This document shows, piece after piece, positions 20,984-31,457 of a DNA stretch of 64,000 nt. Source of the DNA: Bacteroidota bacterium (GTDB taxonomy: Bacteria > Bacteroidota > Bacteroidia > M30B66); NCBI GenBank assembly GCA_027490225.1, contig JAIXYK010000006.1, positions 1,304-65,303 on the forward strand, given 5' to 3'. The first letter of the stretch is position 1. Each line of letters starts with the position of its first letter. The notes below the pieces were generated by a model. That model ran no database searches and was not told where the DNA came from. It saw only the letters and a list, made by a program, of their open reading frames with translations. The translations under genes were made by a program, and so were the position numbers.

Positions 20984-20985
20984 TC

Positions 20986-22356
20986 ATGGCAAAAACTAAA
21001 ACCAACTTTTTCTGTCAAAGTTGTGGGCACCAATCGCCCAAATGGCTTGGCAAATGCCCTTCTTGTGAAGCTTGGAATAGCTTTACCGAAGAAATTGTTC
21101 AGAAAGAAGTACATTCTAAGTCTTGGGTAACTGGAGATAAACAAGCAAAAGCTCCTCAGCCGGTAAAGCTAAACGACATTGAACAACATAATGAAGTTAG
21201 GATAGATACTGGAGATAATGAACTTAATAGAATTCTTGGCGGAGGTTTGGTTCCAGGATCCTTAATTCTATTGGGCGGGGAACCTGGAATTGGGAAATCA
21301 ACCTTAATGCTCCAAATAGCTGCAAAATCTACTAGACTGAAAGTATTGTATGTTTCAGGTGAAGAGAGTGAACAGCAAATAAAAATGAGAGCTGAACGCA
21401 TTGGAATAGGAAATGAATCTTGCTATGTGTTAGCAGAAACGGGCACACAACGTATTTTCCAACATATTTCCCATATTAAACCACAACTGGTTGTTATCGA
21501 TTCTATTCAAACATTACAAACAGATACAATAGAATCTTCTCCAGGAAGTGTTTCACAAATAAGGGAGTGTACGGCAGAACTTCTAAGATTTGCAAAAGAA
21601 ACAGCAACACCTGTTTTGTTGATAGGACATATAACAAAAGATGGCCAAATTGCTGGACCTAAAGTTTTGGAACACATGGTAGATGTTGTGCTCCAATTTG
21701 AAGGAGACCGAAATCATTTATATAGAATTGTTCGTTCAGTTAAAAATCGATTTGGCTCAACAGCCGAAATGGGAATCTACGAAATGGCGGGAGAAGGTTT
21801 AAGAGAAGTGTTAAATCCATCTCAAGTATTGCTTTCTCAACTCGAAGAACCTTTTTCTGGTATTGCAATTTCCGCGACTATGGAAGGAGCCAGGCCATTA
21901 TTGATTGAATCGCAAGCATTAGTTAGCACAGCTGTATATGGAACACCCCAGCGCTCGGGTACAGGTTTCGACCTTAGAAGGTTAAACATGCTTCTGGCTG
22001 TTATTGAAAAGCGTTGCGGATTTAAATTAGGGCAAAAAGATGTTTTTTTGAATATAACTGGAGGCATTCGTACAGAGGATCCAGCTGTAGATTTAGCAGT
22101 AATTTGTGCAATACTCTCTTCCGACTTAGATATGCCAATTCCTATGAAAACCTGCTTTAGTGCAGAAGTTGGTTTAAGCGGAGAAATAAGACCTGTTAGC
22201 AGAATAGAGCAACGAATTGCAGAGGCAGACAGGATGGGATTTTCTCAAATTCTTGTATCGGAATATAGTACCAAAGGACTAAAAACAGACAAATTCGGAA
22301 TCCGAGTGATACCTGTTAAAAAAATCGAAGAAGCTTTTAGGATTCTTTATGGCTAA
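20986..22356 (+). CDS. radA: DNA repair protein RadA (Sms)
   Basis: A C4 zinc ribbon (CQSCGHQSPKWLGKCPSCEAWNS), a RecA-like Walker A (GGEPGIGKST), the KNRFG motif and a Lon-protease-like C-terminal domain are present. The start was set at MAKTKTNFF. Confidence 0.95.
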   Translation: MAKTKTNFFCQSCGHQSPKWLGKCPSCEAWNSFTEEIVQKEVHSKSWVTGDKQAKAPQPVKLNDIEQHNEVRIDTGDNELNRILGGGLVPGSLILLGGEPGIGKSTLMLQIAAKSTRLKVLYVSGEESEQQIKMRAERIGIGNESCYVLAETGTQRIFQHISHIKPQLVVIDSIQTLQTDTIESSPGSVSQIRECTAELLRFAKETATPVLLIGHITKDGQIAGPKVLEHMVDVVLQFEGDRNHLYRIVRSVKNRFGSTAEMGIYEMAGEGLREVLNPSQVLLSQLEEPFSGIAISATMEGARPLLIESQALVSTAVYGTPQRSGTGFDLRRLNMLLAVIEKRCGFKLGQKDVFLNITGGIRTEDPAVDLAVICAILSSDLDMPIPMKTCFSAEVGLSGEIRPVSRIEQRIAEADRMGFSQILVSEYSTKGLKTDKFGIRVIPVKKIEEAFRILYG

Positions 22357-22383
22357 CAGTCAGTATTTCTTAGAAAAAAGGAG

Positions 22384-23187
22384 TTAAACTCCCGCAGAAC
22401 ATAAAATTGCAATCCCCTTTTCATTCATTAACATTCTTTCTTTATCTGCATTTGCAAAATAGGAATGCTCTGAAGATGCATGGGCCATTATCCCAATTAA
22501 ATCAATCTTATTATTCTCTGCATAAATAAGGGTTTGTTTTGCAAAACCAAAAGAAACAACAGAAGAAGGCTCAGAAACTTCTGAAAAATTAATTCCCATT
22601 TCTAAAAATAATTGTTTTGCATTTTGCTTATTTACGTTTAAATCTTCACTTGTTTCTTCTAAAGGTCTATTTATACAATAAATTACTACTGTAGCATTTG
22701 AAGCCTTTGCAATTTTTGAAATAGAAGTCACGAGCGAATTAAATTCTGCATGAGAACCAACAGGGAGTAAAATTTTTTCAAAATGGTCTACAGGCTTGGA
22801 AGTCTTTTGAACAACTATACTTGGACAAGAATTCCCTCGTATTAATTTAAGAATGTCTGCTCCAAATAAGTTCTGTCTAAGACCCCGAGCCCCATGGGTT
22901 CCAACTATCATTAAATCAAATTTACCTTCGAGTACATTTTCATTTATTGCTGACAAAACACTGCCTTTTACAATTTTTGGAAATGCTACTATTCCTTTCT
23001 CTGATAAAGTTTCTGCAATTTTCTCCAGAAGGAAATCTTCTTTGCTATGCTCGTCAGAATGCACAATATGCAATAGTTCTATATTTACTTGAAGTGTATC
23101 ATTTAATAAAGATGCCTGCGCAACAGCAGTGTCAGAAGCTTCAGTAAAATCTACCGGTACTAAAATTTTAAAAGGTAATGTAGACAT
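22384..23187 (-). CDS. Universal stress protein (tandem UspA domains)
   Basis: MSTLPFKILVPVDFTEASDTAV...MIVGTHG is followed by a second Usp domain. The start was set at the ATG at 23187; the alternative at 23208 overlaps ridA. Confidence 0.65.
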   Translation of the reverse strand: MSTLPFKILVPVDFTEASDTAVAQASLLNDTLQVNIELLHIVHSDEHSKEDFLLEKIAETLSEKGIVAFPKIVKGSVLSAINENVLEGKFDLMIVGTHGARGLRQNLFGADILKLIRGNSCPSIVVQKTSKPVDHFEKILLPVGSHAEFNSLVTSISKIAKASNATVVIYCINRPLEETSEDLNVNKQNAKQLFLEMGINFSEVSEPSSVVSFGFAKQTLIYAENNKIDLIGIMAHASSEHSYFANADKERMLMNEKGIAILCSAGV

Positions 23188-23200
23188 AAAGTAATATGAG

Positions 23201-23620
23201 TTAATCAATTGTTGCTATAACTTTCAGCTCAATTGCTATAGGTGTTGGAAGACAGTTTATTTCAATTGTAGTTCTGCAAGGTAAGTTTTCTTTAAAAAAC
23301 TCTGCATAAATACGATTGTAAACTTTAAAATCATCCTTCATATTGGTGAGGAATACAGTTACGTCAACAATCTTATCCCAAGATGAACCACAATCTTCAA
23401 GGATATACCTAACATTATTAAAAACAGATTTACATTGAATTTCAATGTCGTAGCTCTCTATTTCACCAGTTTCGTTTAATTCAACTCCGGGTATTTTTTT
23501 GCTTCCTTTTTCTCTAGGGCCCACACCCGACAAGAAAAGTAAATTACCCACTCTTCTTGCATGTGGATAAAGTCCAACGGGCTCCGGAGCTCGTGATGAG
23601 TTTAATTTATCTTCTAGCAT
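23201..23620 (-). CDS. ridA: RidA/YjgF family reactive-intermediate deaminase
   Basis: The 139-aa ORF shows the YjgF pattern (PEPVGLYPHARRVGNLLFLSGVG...RTTIEI). Confidence 0.8.
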   Translation of the reverse strand: MLEDKLNSSRAPEPVGLYPHARRVGNLLFLSGVGPREKGSKKIPGVELNETGEIESYDIEIQCKSVFNNVRYILEDCGSSWDKIVDVTVFLTNMKDDFKVYNRIYAEFFKENLPCRTTIEINCLPTPIAIELKVIATID

Positions 23621-23700
23621 TTCTATTTCATTTCAAAAAACAAATTACAGAAGTTTTATTCAATTGTTTTGCATAAATCTGAAGAAACACAATTATATTC

Positions 23701-23722
23701 AATTGATTTGCTATTTTTGCCC
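23701..23722 (+). promoter_or_regulatory. Bacteroidetes sigma-A type promoter for tRNA-Ala
   Basis: TTG is at ~23704-23706 and TATTTTTG at 23712-23719, matching the -33 TTG / -7 TAnnTTTG consensus. It ends ~10 nt upstream of the mature tRNA 5' end. Confidence 0.4.
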
Positions 23723-23728
23723 ATTATT

Positions 23729-23802
23729 GGGGGATTAGCTCATTTGGCTAGAGCGCTTGCCTGGCAGGCAAGAGGTGACCGGTTCGAATCCGGTATTCTC
23801 CA
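23729..23802 (+). tRNA. tRNA-Ala (anticodon GGC)
   Basis: The cloverleaf was folded by hand. The acceptor stem is GGGGGAT/ATTCTCC with the G3:U70 alanine identity pair. The D-arm is GCTC...GAGC. The anticodon stem-loop is CTTGC-CTGGCAG-GCAAG (anticodon GGC). The T-arm is ACCGG-TTCGAAT-CCGGT and the discriminator is A. The CCA end is not encoded. Confidence 0.85.
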
Positions 23803-23925
23803 CAATAATTTCCCCAAAAAGGACTTTCAATTAATTGAATTTTAATTGTTTTTGACCAAAACGAGAAAGTTGTAGTTTTTCTTATTATTTTTACAACCAT
23901 AGTTAAACTATTATTTTCTAAGACT

Positions 23926-26900
23926 TTGCGTTTATTTAAAACCATCAAATTAGTCTTTATTGTTATTCTTTTGATGCTCATCAATGTAAAACTTGATGGT
24001 CAAAATGAGGCTGTTTTCCCTTTTGAAGAAAACAAAGGGCAATGGGTGGAGGATTTTTACTACAAACTAAAATTGAGATGGGGTAAAATATATTTCGAAA
24101 AAAATAGAATAGTAACCGAAACCTGGGATCAATCTGCAAAAAAAGAAATACTTCATAGTTTGCACGATAAGCTAACTGATAGCGAAGCATTAAAATCACC
24201 GCTTAAACAACATGCCTTTGAAGTAAAATTTATAAACCCTTCCCCTGGTTGCCGAATTTCATCCTTTTCACCATCTCCTGACTACTCAAACTACTTTATC
24301 GGAAAAAATACAAATAGGTGGAAGTCGAATATTCGTTCTTATAATTCGATTACCTATGAAAGTGTCTGGCCAGGCATCAACTTAAAATACTATACCAATG
24401 ATGGTTTTTTGAAATATGATATCATCATCGATAAGTACTCCGATCCTTTAAAAATTAAACTTCAATATAATGGGCAAGATTATATTAAACTAAAAAATAA
24501 CATTTTAACAATTAAAACATCTGTCGGGGAAATAGAAGAACTCTCTCCATTTGCTTATCAGGAAATGAATGGTAAAAGAGTAATCATTCCCTGCAAATAT
24601 CAGCTTAATAAAGATGTATTGAGCTACGAATTAGGCGCATATAACAAAAACTATCCGCTAATTATTGACCCTCAGATAATTTTTTCTACTTACTCTGGAA
24701 GCACTGGAGATAATTGGGGCGCTACAGCAACTTATGATACGTTAGGAAATGGTTTTGCGGGTGGTATAAACTTCGAAACAGGTTACCCTACCACCATTGG
24801 TGCTTACCAATCAAATTTTGGCGGTAACTCTGATGTGAGCATCACTAAATATAATGCTACTGGTTCTGCAAGAATTTATAGCACTTATTATGGTGGGGAC
24901 CAAGGAGAATTGCCATATTCCATGGTTGTAGACCAATGGGGAAATCTTTTAGTTACAGGTGTAACTGGCTCTTCTGGTTTACCGATTACAGCAGGTGCTT
25001 ACGATGATACTTTTAGCGGCGGACCTACATTTGGATTATGGGGAAATGGCAGCCAAATGAATCCATACTTATCTAATTATCCTGATGGGGCAGATTTTTT
25101 CTTAGCTAAATTTTCTCCAGATGGTACTCAATTATTAGGTTCAACATTTCTTGGGGGCAGTGGTAATGATGGTTTTAATATGTCGAATGATTTAAACAAA
25201 AATTACGGTGATATGCACCGTGGTGAAGTAATTGTTGACCCGGCTGGTGATGTATTTGTTATTGGTACAACTCAATCTTCTGACATCAATACAGTAAATG
25301 CATGGCAACCAAATTATGGAGGAGGTTCTCAAGATGGAGTCGTTTTTAAGTTAAATCCTCAGTTAACCAATATGTTATGTTGTTCTTATGTTGGGGGTAA
25401 TGCCGATGATGCTGGCTACGGAATGCAGCTGAGTGCATCAAATGAGATTTATTTTTGCGGAGGTTCAAATAGCGCTTCTATCTTGGGTTTGAATGGTTTA
25501 CACACATCAAACACAGGAAATGTTGATGGATTTGTAATAAGGGCCAATCCCAATTCAGGTAGTATAATTGCGGGCAGTTTTCTCGGCACCTCGAGTTATG
25601 ATCAAGCTTATTTTGTGCAGGTAGATAATAATGGAGATGTAATAGTTCTTGGCCAATCTCAAGGGAGTTACCCGATTCAAAGTAATGCTGGTAATCCAAT
25701 ATATTCTGTTTCTGGCGGAATGTTATTTTTCCATAAGCTAAATCCAAATCTAAATCAATCTATTTGGAGTACAACCTTCGGAGCACAGGGAAATCCAAGT
25801 TTTATTGTTCCCTCGGCATTTTTAGTAGATTACTGTGGTTTTATTTCTTTTTCTGTTTGGGCTGGTAATGTTAATGCACCACTTTCGAGTACTACTATTG
25901 GTCTGCCAGTCACTCCAGATGCTTTCCAAGGAACAAGCACTGGCAGTGATTTCTACTTGGCTGTATTAACAGAAGATGCAGCATCTTTGCACTATGCAAC
26001 TTTTTTTGGAGGTGCTCAGGATAATGAGCATGTGGACGGAGGAACTAGCCGATTTGATAAAAACGGTGTGGTTTATCAATGTGTTTGTTCAGGTTGTGGA
26101 CCAACTGATAACGATTTGCCAATAACACCAGGAGTTTGGTCTGCAACAAATAACAGCAATAACTGCAATGCAGCACTTTTCAAATTTGATCTTTCCGAAT
26201 TTTCTGCAATTGTAAATGAAGCAGTTCAAAGTAATTTTTGCTTGAACCAAGCTGTACAATTTCAAAATTTTAGTACAGGAACCAATCAATTTTTATGGGA
26301 TTTTGGAGATGGCAGTACTTCAACAGAAGCAAGTCCATCACATGGGTATTCTACTCCAGGAATTTACACAGTAATGCTTATAGCTATTGGTGATGGATTG
26401 TGCGTTCAAGCTGATACTGCCTATACTCAAGTGGAAGTAGCATCAGTTCTAAACCTGAGCTTCACTCCTCCTCCAACAATTTGTCAAGGGGAAAGCATTG
26501 AATTACAAACTCAAGGAGCTGAAAATTACTATTGGATGCTAACAGGCGGCTTAAATGCTAATGAGCAAACCATTCCAAACCCTACCGTTAGTCCTATTAT
26601 TACAACCGTTTATACTGTTATAGGTTCTAATAACTGCGGAAGCGATACTGCATTCATTAGTGTACCTGTTGTTACTTTCAATATTCAATTAACAGTTTCT
26701 GAAAATGAAATTTGCGAGGGAGGTTCTGTTTCAATTAGCTCAACACCTGCACTTACTTACCAATGGCAGCCAGCAACAAATATCAACAACCCTAATGCAC
26801 AAAATGCAATATTTACACCTTCTCAAAGTGGATTTGTGAGTTTGCTAGCAACAGACCCGAATAACTGCACGAGTAAGGATTCTGTATTTATTGAAGTTGA

Positions 26901-27855
26901 TATTTTCCCAACTTCTGATGCTCCGGCCGACACAATTATTTGTTTGGGCGACGAAATAGTTTTAAGTCACACTTCAACCAATACGCAAGTTTGGACAAAT
27001 CTGCAGAATAATGAGACAACTAATGGAATTTCAATTACAATTGCACCAAGCACATTGTCTTCCTATCAACTTGCGGTTTCAAATGAATGTGGTACAAGTA
27101 GAGATACAACTGTAGTAGATGTTAGCAAAGTTATCCCTACTGCAGGGCCTGAAAAAACAATATGTGTGAGTGAACCTGTTGTTGTTTTTGCAACTGGTGG
27201 TGTAAATTATAGCTGGATTCCTGCAAGTGATTTTTCTTCACCTACAAACAGTACAACAATATTAACTCCAAGAGAAAATGTAGATTATACAGTAATTGTA
27301 AAAAATGAAATTGGTTGTCAAGCCATTGCTGACCTGCCTGTTACTTTATTCCCAATTAGCTTCGTATCTGCTGGTGAAGATAAAATAATACAATTTGGAG
27401 AAAGCGCATCACTGAATGGTTCCAGCTCAGAAGGAACAATTATCTGGACTCCCGATTACAGATTAAGTTGCTTAGATTGCTTGCAACCACTCTCGAGAAC
27501 AGATTCCACTATTAAATATACAATTAGTTTAACAGATTCTTTTGGTTGCAAATACAGTGATGAGACTTTGGTGCTTGTGGAAGGTTCATTGTATATTCCA
27601 AATGCATTCACTCCAAACGGAGACGGTATAAATGATTTCTTTGGGCCTGAAGCAATTGATGTTTCTAAATATTCATTAAAAATTTTTAATCGCTGGGGAG
27701 AAATAATTTTTACTTCTAATAATTTAAAAAACGGTTGGGACGGAACATTCAAAGGAAAAACTGTTCAAAATGATGTTTACGTTTATCAACTCAATTACGA
27801 GTTCAATACAGGAAAAACGGGCAATGCTGTTGGTCGAGTTACTTTGATTCAATAA
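23926..27855 (+). CDS. Large T9SS type-B cargo: secreted protein with beta-propeller (SBBP-like) repeats, a PKD domain, CHU_C-type Ig-like repeats and the gliding-motility-associated C-terminal domain
   Basis: The 1309-aa ORF starts MRLFKTIKLVFIVILLMLINVKLDGQ, a signal peptide; the most upstream in-frame start is TTG. The PKD motif is FLWDFGDGSTSTEASPSHGYSTPGIYTVMLIA. Repeated CxGxxxxLxxxGxxxYxW...YTV modules follow. The C-terminus YIPNAFTPNGDGINDFFGP...VYVYQL...GNAVGRVTLIQ matches the TIGR04131-type C-terminal domain. Confidence 0.8.
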   Translation: MRLFKTIKLVFIVILLMLINVKLDGQNEAVFPFEENKGQWVEDFYYKLKLRWGKIYFEKNRIVTETWDQSAKKEILHSLHDKLTDSEALKSPLKQHAFEVKFINPSPGCRISSFSPSPDYSNYFIGKNTNRWKSNIRSYNSITYESVWPGINLKYYTNDGFLKYDIIIDKYSDPLKIKLQYNGQDYIKLKNNILTIKTSVGEIEELSPFAYQEMNGKRVIIPCKYQLNKDVLSYELGAYNKNYPLIIDPQIIFSTYSGSTGDNWGATATYDTLGNGFAGGINFETGYPTTIGAYQSNFGGNSDVSITKYNATGSARIYSTYYGGDQGELPYSMVVDQWGNLLVTGVTGSSGLPITAGAYDDTFSGGPTFGLWGNGSQMNPYLSNYPDGADFFLAKFSPDGTQLLGSTFLGGSGNDGFNMSNDLNKNYGDMHRGEVIVDPAGDVFVIGTTQSSDINTVNAWQPNYGGGSQDGVVFKLNPQLTNMLCCSYVGGNADDAGYGMQLSASNEIYFCGGSNSASILGLNGLHTSNTGNVDGFVIRANPNSGSIIAGSFLGTSSYDQAYFVQVDNNGDVIVLGQSQGSYPIQSNAGNPIYSVSGGMLFFHKLNPNLNQSIWSTTFGAQGNPSFIVPSAFLVDYCGFISFSVWAGNVNAPLSSTTIGLPVTPDAFQGTSTGSDFYLAVLTEDAASLHYATFFGGAQDNEHVDGGTSRFDKNGVVYQCVCSGCGPTDNDLPITPGVWSATNNSNNCNAALFKFDLSEFSAIVNEAVQSNFCLNQAVQFQNFSTGTNQFLWDFGDGSTSTEASPSHGYSTPGIYTVMLIAIGDGLCVQADTAYTQVEVASVLNLSFTPPPTICQGESIELQTQGAENYYWMLTGGLNANEQTIPNPTVSPIITTVYTVIGSNNCGSDTAFISVPVVTFNIQLTVSENEICEGGSVSISSTPALTYQWQPATNINNPNAQNAIFTPSQSGFVSLLATDPNNCTSKDSVFIEVDIFPTSDAPADTIICLGDEIVLSHTSTNTQVWTNLQNNETTNGISITIAPSTLSSYQLAVSNECGTSRDTTVVDVSKVIPTAGPEKTICVSEPVVVFATGGVNYSWIPASDFSSPTNSTTILTPRENVDYTVIVKNEIGCQAIADLPVTLFPISFVSAGEDKIIQFGESASLNGSSSEGTIIWTPDYRLSCLDCLQPLSRTDSTIKYTISLTDSFGCKYSDETLVLVEGSLYIPNAFTPNGDGINDFFGPEAIDVSKYSLKIFNRWGEIIFTSNNLKNGWDGTFKGKTVQNDVYVYQLNYEFNTGKTGNAVGRVTLIQ

Positions 27856-27945
27856 TAAATTTGTATCTGTAGTAAAATACTTGTCAATCCCAATTTGATT
27901 CGATTACAATTTCTAACTTCGCGCAAAATTTAAACGATTTACATC

Positions 27946-29331
27946 ATGGAATTCCGTAAAGAACACGATACAATGGGCGAAGTTCAAGTGCCTGCAGATA
28001 AATATTGGGGAGCTCAAACTGAACGTTCACGCAATAACTTTAAAATTGGTCCAGAGGCAAGCATGCCTCAAGAAATTATTTACGCTTTTGCTCATTTAAA
28101 AAAGGCTGCGGCTCAAGCTAATCATGATTTAGGTGTACTAAGTGGAGACAAACGAGACCTTATTGGACGTGTTTGTGATGAAATCTTGGAAAAAAAATTA
28201 GATGACCAATTTCCTCTTGTTATTTGGCAAACTGGTTCGGGTACGCAAAGCAATATGAACGTGAATGAAGTGATAGCCTACAGAGCTCATGTGCTAAGTG
28301 GTGGTCAACTTACCGATGACAAAAAAGTATTGCACCCAAACGATGATGTAAATAAAAGTCAGTCGAGCAATGATACATACCCAACTGCTATGCATATTGC
28401 AGCATATACAACTGTGGTTGAAAAAACTTTGCCGGGTCTCACTTTACTAAGAGATACATTGTCAAAAAAATCTAATGATTTTGCAAGTATCGTTAAAACT
28501 GGCCGAACCCATTTTATGGATGCAACTCCTTTAACATTGGGACAAGAATTTGGAGGTTATGCACAACAACTAACTAACGGAATTAGGGCAATTAACAATG
28601 CACTTGAAATGATCCTTGAATTGGCATTGGGAGGAACTGCTGTTGGAACAGGATTAAATACACCAAAAGGATATGATGTGCTGGTTGCAAAAAAAATTGC
28701 AGAATCAACAGGTTATCCTTTTATTACTGCACCTAATAAGTTTGAAGCTTTGGCTGCTCACGATGCTATGGTTGAGCTTTCTGGAGCATTAAAAAGAGTG
28801 GCAGTTTCGTTGATGAAAATTGCAAACGATGTTAGAATGTTGAGTTCGGGTCCTCGTTCTGGAATAGGTGAAATTATTATTCCCGACAATGAACCGGGTT
28901 CTTCAATTATGCCTGGAAAAGTAAATCCTACTCAACCAGAAGCTTTAACAATGGTGTGCGCACAAGTAATGGGAAATGATGTAGCAGTTTCAATTGGTGG
29001 TTCAAACGGGCATTTTGAATTGAATGTTTTTAAACCGCTAATTGCTGCGAATGTATTGCAAAGTGCAAATTTGTTGGGTGACGCATGTGTTTCATTTACC
29101 AATAATTGCGCTGTTGGAATTGAACCTAACTTGCCACAAATTAAATTACACTTAGAAAATTCTTTGATGTTGGTAACAGCACTCAATACTCATATTGGTT
29201 ATGAGAATGCTGCAAAAATTGCAAAAACAGCCCATAAACAAGGTAAAACATTGCGACAAACAGCCATTGAATTAGGTTTGGTTACTGATGAGGAATTTAC
29301 AGCTTGGGTTGACCCCTTAAAAATGGTATAA
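27946..29331 (+). CDS. fumC: Fumarate hydratase class II
   Basis: [14 protein letters not shown], the [13 protein letters not shown] fumarate lyase signature, and a 461-aa length. Confidence 0.95.
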   Translation: MEFRKEHDTMGEVQVPADKYWGAQTERSRNNFKIGPEASMPQEIIYAFAHLKKAAAQANHDLGVLSGDKRDLIGRVCDEILEKKLDDQFPLVIWQTGSGTQSNMNVNEVIAYRAHVLSGGQLTDDKKVLHPNDDVNKSQSSNDTYPTAMHIAAYTTVVEKTLPGLTLLRDTLSKKSNDFASIVKTGRTHFMDATPLTLGQEFGGYAQQLTNGIRAINNALEMILELALGGTAVGTGLNTPKGYDVLVAKKIAESTGYPFITAPNKFEALAAHDAMVELSGALKRVAVSLMKIANDVRMLSSGPRSGIGEIIIPDNEPGSSIMPGKVNPTQPEALTMVCAQVMGNDVAVSIGGSNGHFELNVFKPLIAANVLQSANLLGDACVSFTNNCAVGIEPNLPQIKLHLENSLMLVTALNTHIGYENAAKIAKTAHKQGKTLRQTAIELGLVTDEEFTAWVDPLKMV

Positions 29332-29334
29332 ATT

Positions 29335-30516
29335 ATGCTAAGCGGCGGCATGCTTAAAAAAAATATTCTTGCTATTCTTTCTTTTGTTTCAACAGTAACA
29401 ATAGCACAAAGCCCCGCCGAAACTTCAAAAGGCGTGAATCAATTTAGTTGGGAACTTTCAAAACTTCTTTATCAAAAAGACCAAAACTTGTTTTGCTCAC
29501 CTTTGAGTGTATCGCAAGCATTAGCTATGACTTATGCAGGAGCCAAAGGAATTACTGCTGAGGAGATGAAAAAGGCCCTGCATTATCCGGGCGATTCGGT
29601 ACATGCAGGTTTTTCTGCATTAAATTCGATTTTTAAAACTATTAACGATAGTGGTAAAGTAAAGCTTACTGTTGCCAATGCACTTTGGACCAAATTAGTT
29701 TTGGCGCCTGAGTTTTCTGCCAAGATGAAGAAATTCTATAAAGGAGAATTTTATCCTTTAACCAATGAAATTCCCATCAATGCTTGGGCAGAGAAAAAAA
29801 CCAATAATCTCATTAAAAATTTATTGAATTCCGGAGATATTACTCCAGATGTTAAATTGGTTTTGACGAATGCAGTTTATTTTAAAGGAAACTGGAAAAA
29901 TCCATTCGACAAAGAGAGCACTTCAAAACAACCATTTTACCTGAGCAATAAAACAAGTGCAGAAGTTGAACTGATGCAAAATGAAACTTATTACAAGTAC
30001 CATGAAACGAATCAATACCAATACATAGAACTTCCTTATGAAGGTGAAAACGTTTCTATGATTGTAATTTTGCCAAGAAAAGAAAGCTCTGTGAATGAAG
30101 TTTTTGAGGGTTTGAATACGGAACAACTTTTAGCAACTCATTCTAAAGCTTATTTAAAAAAAGTAACCTTGTTTCTTCCAAAATTTAAATTTGAAACTTC
30201 TTATGATTTAATTCCTTCTTTAGAAAATCTGGGTATAAAATCAGCATTTAGAGGTGGTAATTTTTCTGGAATTACTAAAGATAAAGAGCCCCTTGAAATT
30301 AGTAAGGTTTTTCAAAAAGCAGCCATAGAAGTAAATGAAAAAGGAGCGGAAGCCGCAGCAGTTACTGTTGTGATGATGAGAACTACTTCTGCAATGCACC
30401 AAGAAGAACCTCCAAGAATATTTTTTAGAGCAGACCGTCCATTTATTTTTGCAATTAAAGAAAATGCTACCGGTACCATTCTATTTACAGGTGTAATGGA
30501 AAAACCTAAATTATAA
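29335..30516 (+). CDS. Serpin-family serine protease inhibitor (secreted)
   Basis: The 393-aa ORF has a signal peptide and a serpin core. The reactive-centre-loop hinge is EKGAEAAAVTVVMM. The C-terminal signature FRADRPFIFAIKENATGTILFTGVMEKP is present. Confidence 0.8.
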   Translation: MLSGGMLKKNILAILSFVSTVTIAQSPAETSKGVNQFSWELSKLLYQKDQNLFCSPLSVSQALAMTYAGAKGITAEEMKKALHYPGDSVHAGFSALNSIFKTINDSGKVKLTVANALWTKLVLAPEFSAKMKKFYKGEFYPLTNEIPINAWAEKKTNNLIKNLLNSGDITPDVKLVLTNAVYFKGNWKNPFDKESTSKQPFYLSNKTSAEVELMQNETYYKYHETNQYQYIELPYEGENVSMIVILPRKESSVNEVFEGLNTEQLLATHSKAYLKKVTLFLPKFKFETSYDLIPSLENLGIKSAFRGGNFSGITKDKEPLEISKVFQKAAIEVNEKGAEAAAVTVVMMRTTSAMHQEEPPRIFFRADRPFIFAIKENATGTILFTGVMEKPKL

Positions 30517-30558
30517 TTTTTAAATTTTTAAATAACCGTCAAACTAAAAGTCAATTTT

Positions 30559-31401
30559 ATGAAACACTTAATTACCCTTGCACTAACATTTAGTCTACTA
30601 ACATTTTCTCAAGCACAAACAACAGTTTTCGAAGAAGATTTTGAAAACTGGAGTTCGCTTACAGGATTTGAAGAGCCAACAGACTGGCTGACCTCGAATT
30701 TTCTTTATGGCTTTTTATTATCAGCACCTCCAACTGTAATAAAATCAACGGATGCAGCAGCAGGCACTTATGCTGCTAAATTAATTTCTGTGGATATAAA
30801 TGATTCTTCACGTGTTGGTGGCTTAATGACTTATACAATCCCATTTACACAAAGACCAACAAATATTAGTGGTTCACATAAATTTACTTCCAATGGAGAT
30901 ACACTTGCATTTGCATTTTTGCTTACTAAATTCGATCCAACTGGTGACAGCAGCGTTTCTGTTGGTGGATATGGATTTGAACTGACCCAAACTGTAGGTA
31001 ATTACACCAACTTTAGTTTCCCGATTCAATATGAATCAACTGAAACGCCAGATAGCATGGTATTTTTTGTATTGCCTCTTGATGTGTCAATTTCGAATGA
31101 ATTTGAATATTTCATTGATAATATAAAACTTGAAGGACCGGCGAGTGTTTTTAATGCAGAGAACAAAATGTCTTTGGGCATTTATCCGAATCCAAGTAAT
31201 GAATCTTTCTTCATACCAACGCAAAAAGCGGCTGCTGATGTTCGTATCAATGACATTTCAGGTAAGTTGATTCAAGAAATTAGGTTGAATGCTGGAGAAA
31301 AAGAAGTTTCAACTTCACAACTTGCCAATGGTGTTTACTTTGTAGAACTAAATGTTGGTAATATTAAAATTGGCACACAACGCATTTTAGTTGCTCATTA
31401 A
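30559..31401 (+). CDS. Hypothetical secreted protein with a T9SS type-A C-terminal sorting domain
   Basis: There is a signal peptide (MKHLITLALTFSLLTFSQAQ). The C-terminus LGIYPNPSNESFFIP...ANGVYFVELNVGNIKIGTQRILVAH matches Por_Secre_tail. Confidence 0.6.
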   Translation: MKHLITLALTFSLLTFSQAQTTVFEEDFENWSSLTGFEEPTDWLTSNFLYGFLLSAPPTVIKSTDAAAGTYAAKLISVDINDSSRVGGLMTYTIPFTQRPTNISGSHKFTSNGDTLAFAFLLTKFDPTGDSSVSVGGYGFELTQTVGNYTNFSFPIQYESTETPDSMVFFVLPLDVSISNEFEYFIDNIKLEGPASVFNAENKMSLGIYPNPSNESFFIPTQKAAADVRINDISGKLIQEIRLNAGEKEVSTSQLANGVYFVELNVGNIKIGTQRILVAH

Positions 31402-31420
31402 TCAATAAGATAACATTCAA

Positions 31421-31457
31421 AAAAAGCGAATCTGGAAACGGGTTCGCTTTTTTTATA
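31421..31457. terminator. Bidirectional intrinsic terminator between the T9SS cargo gene (+) and leuS (-)
   Basis: The hairpin AGCGAAtctggaaacgggTTCGCT has an A7 run upstream and a T7 run downstream. Confidence 0.6.

Noticed and set aside
20968-20985. radA start at the MRDFLFM extension
   Set aside because: The extension lies within the upstream terminator hairpin. The conserved zinc-ribbon N-terminus begins at MAKTK.
23748-23984. 78-aa minus-strand ORF
   Set aside because: It overlaps the tRNA-Ala gene and its promoter, so it is spurious.
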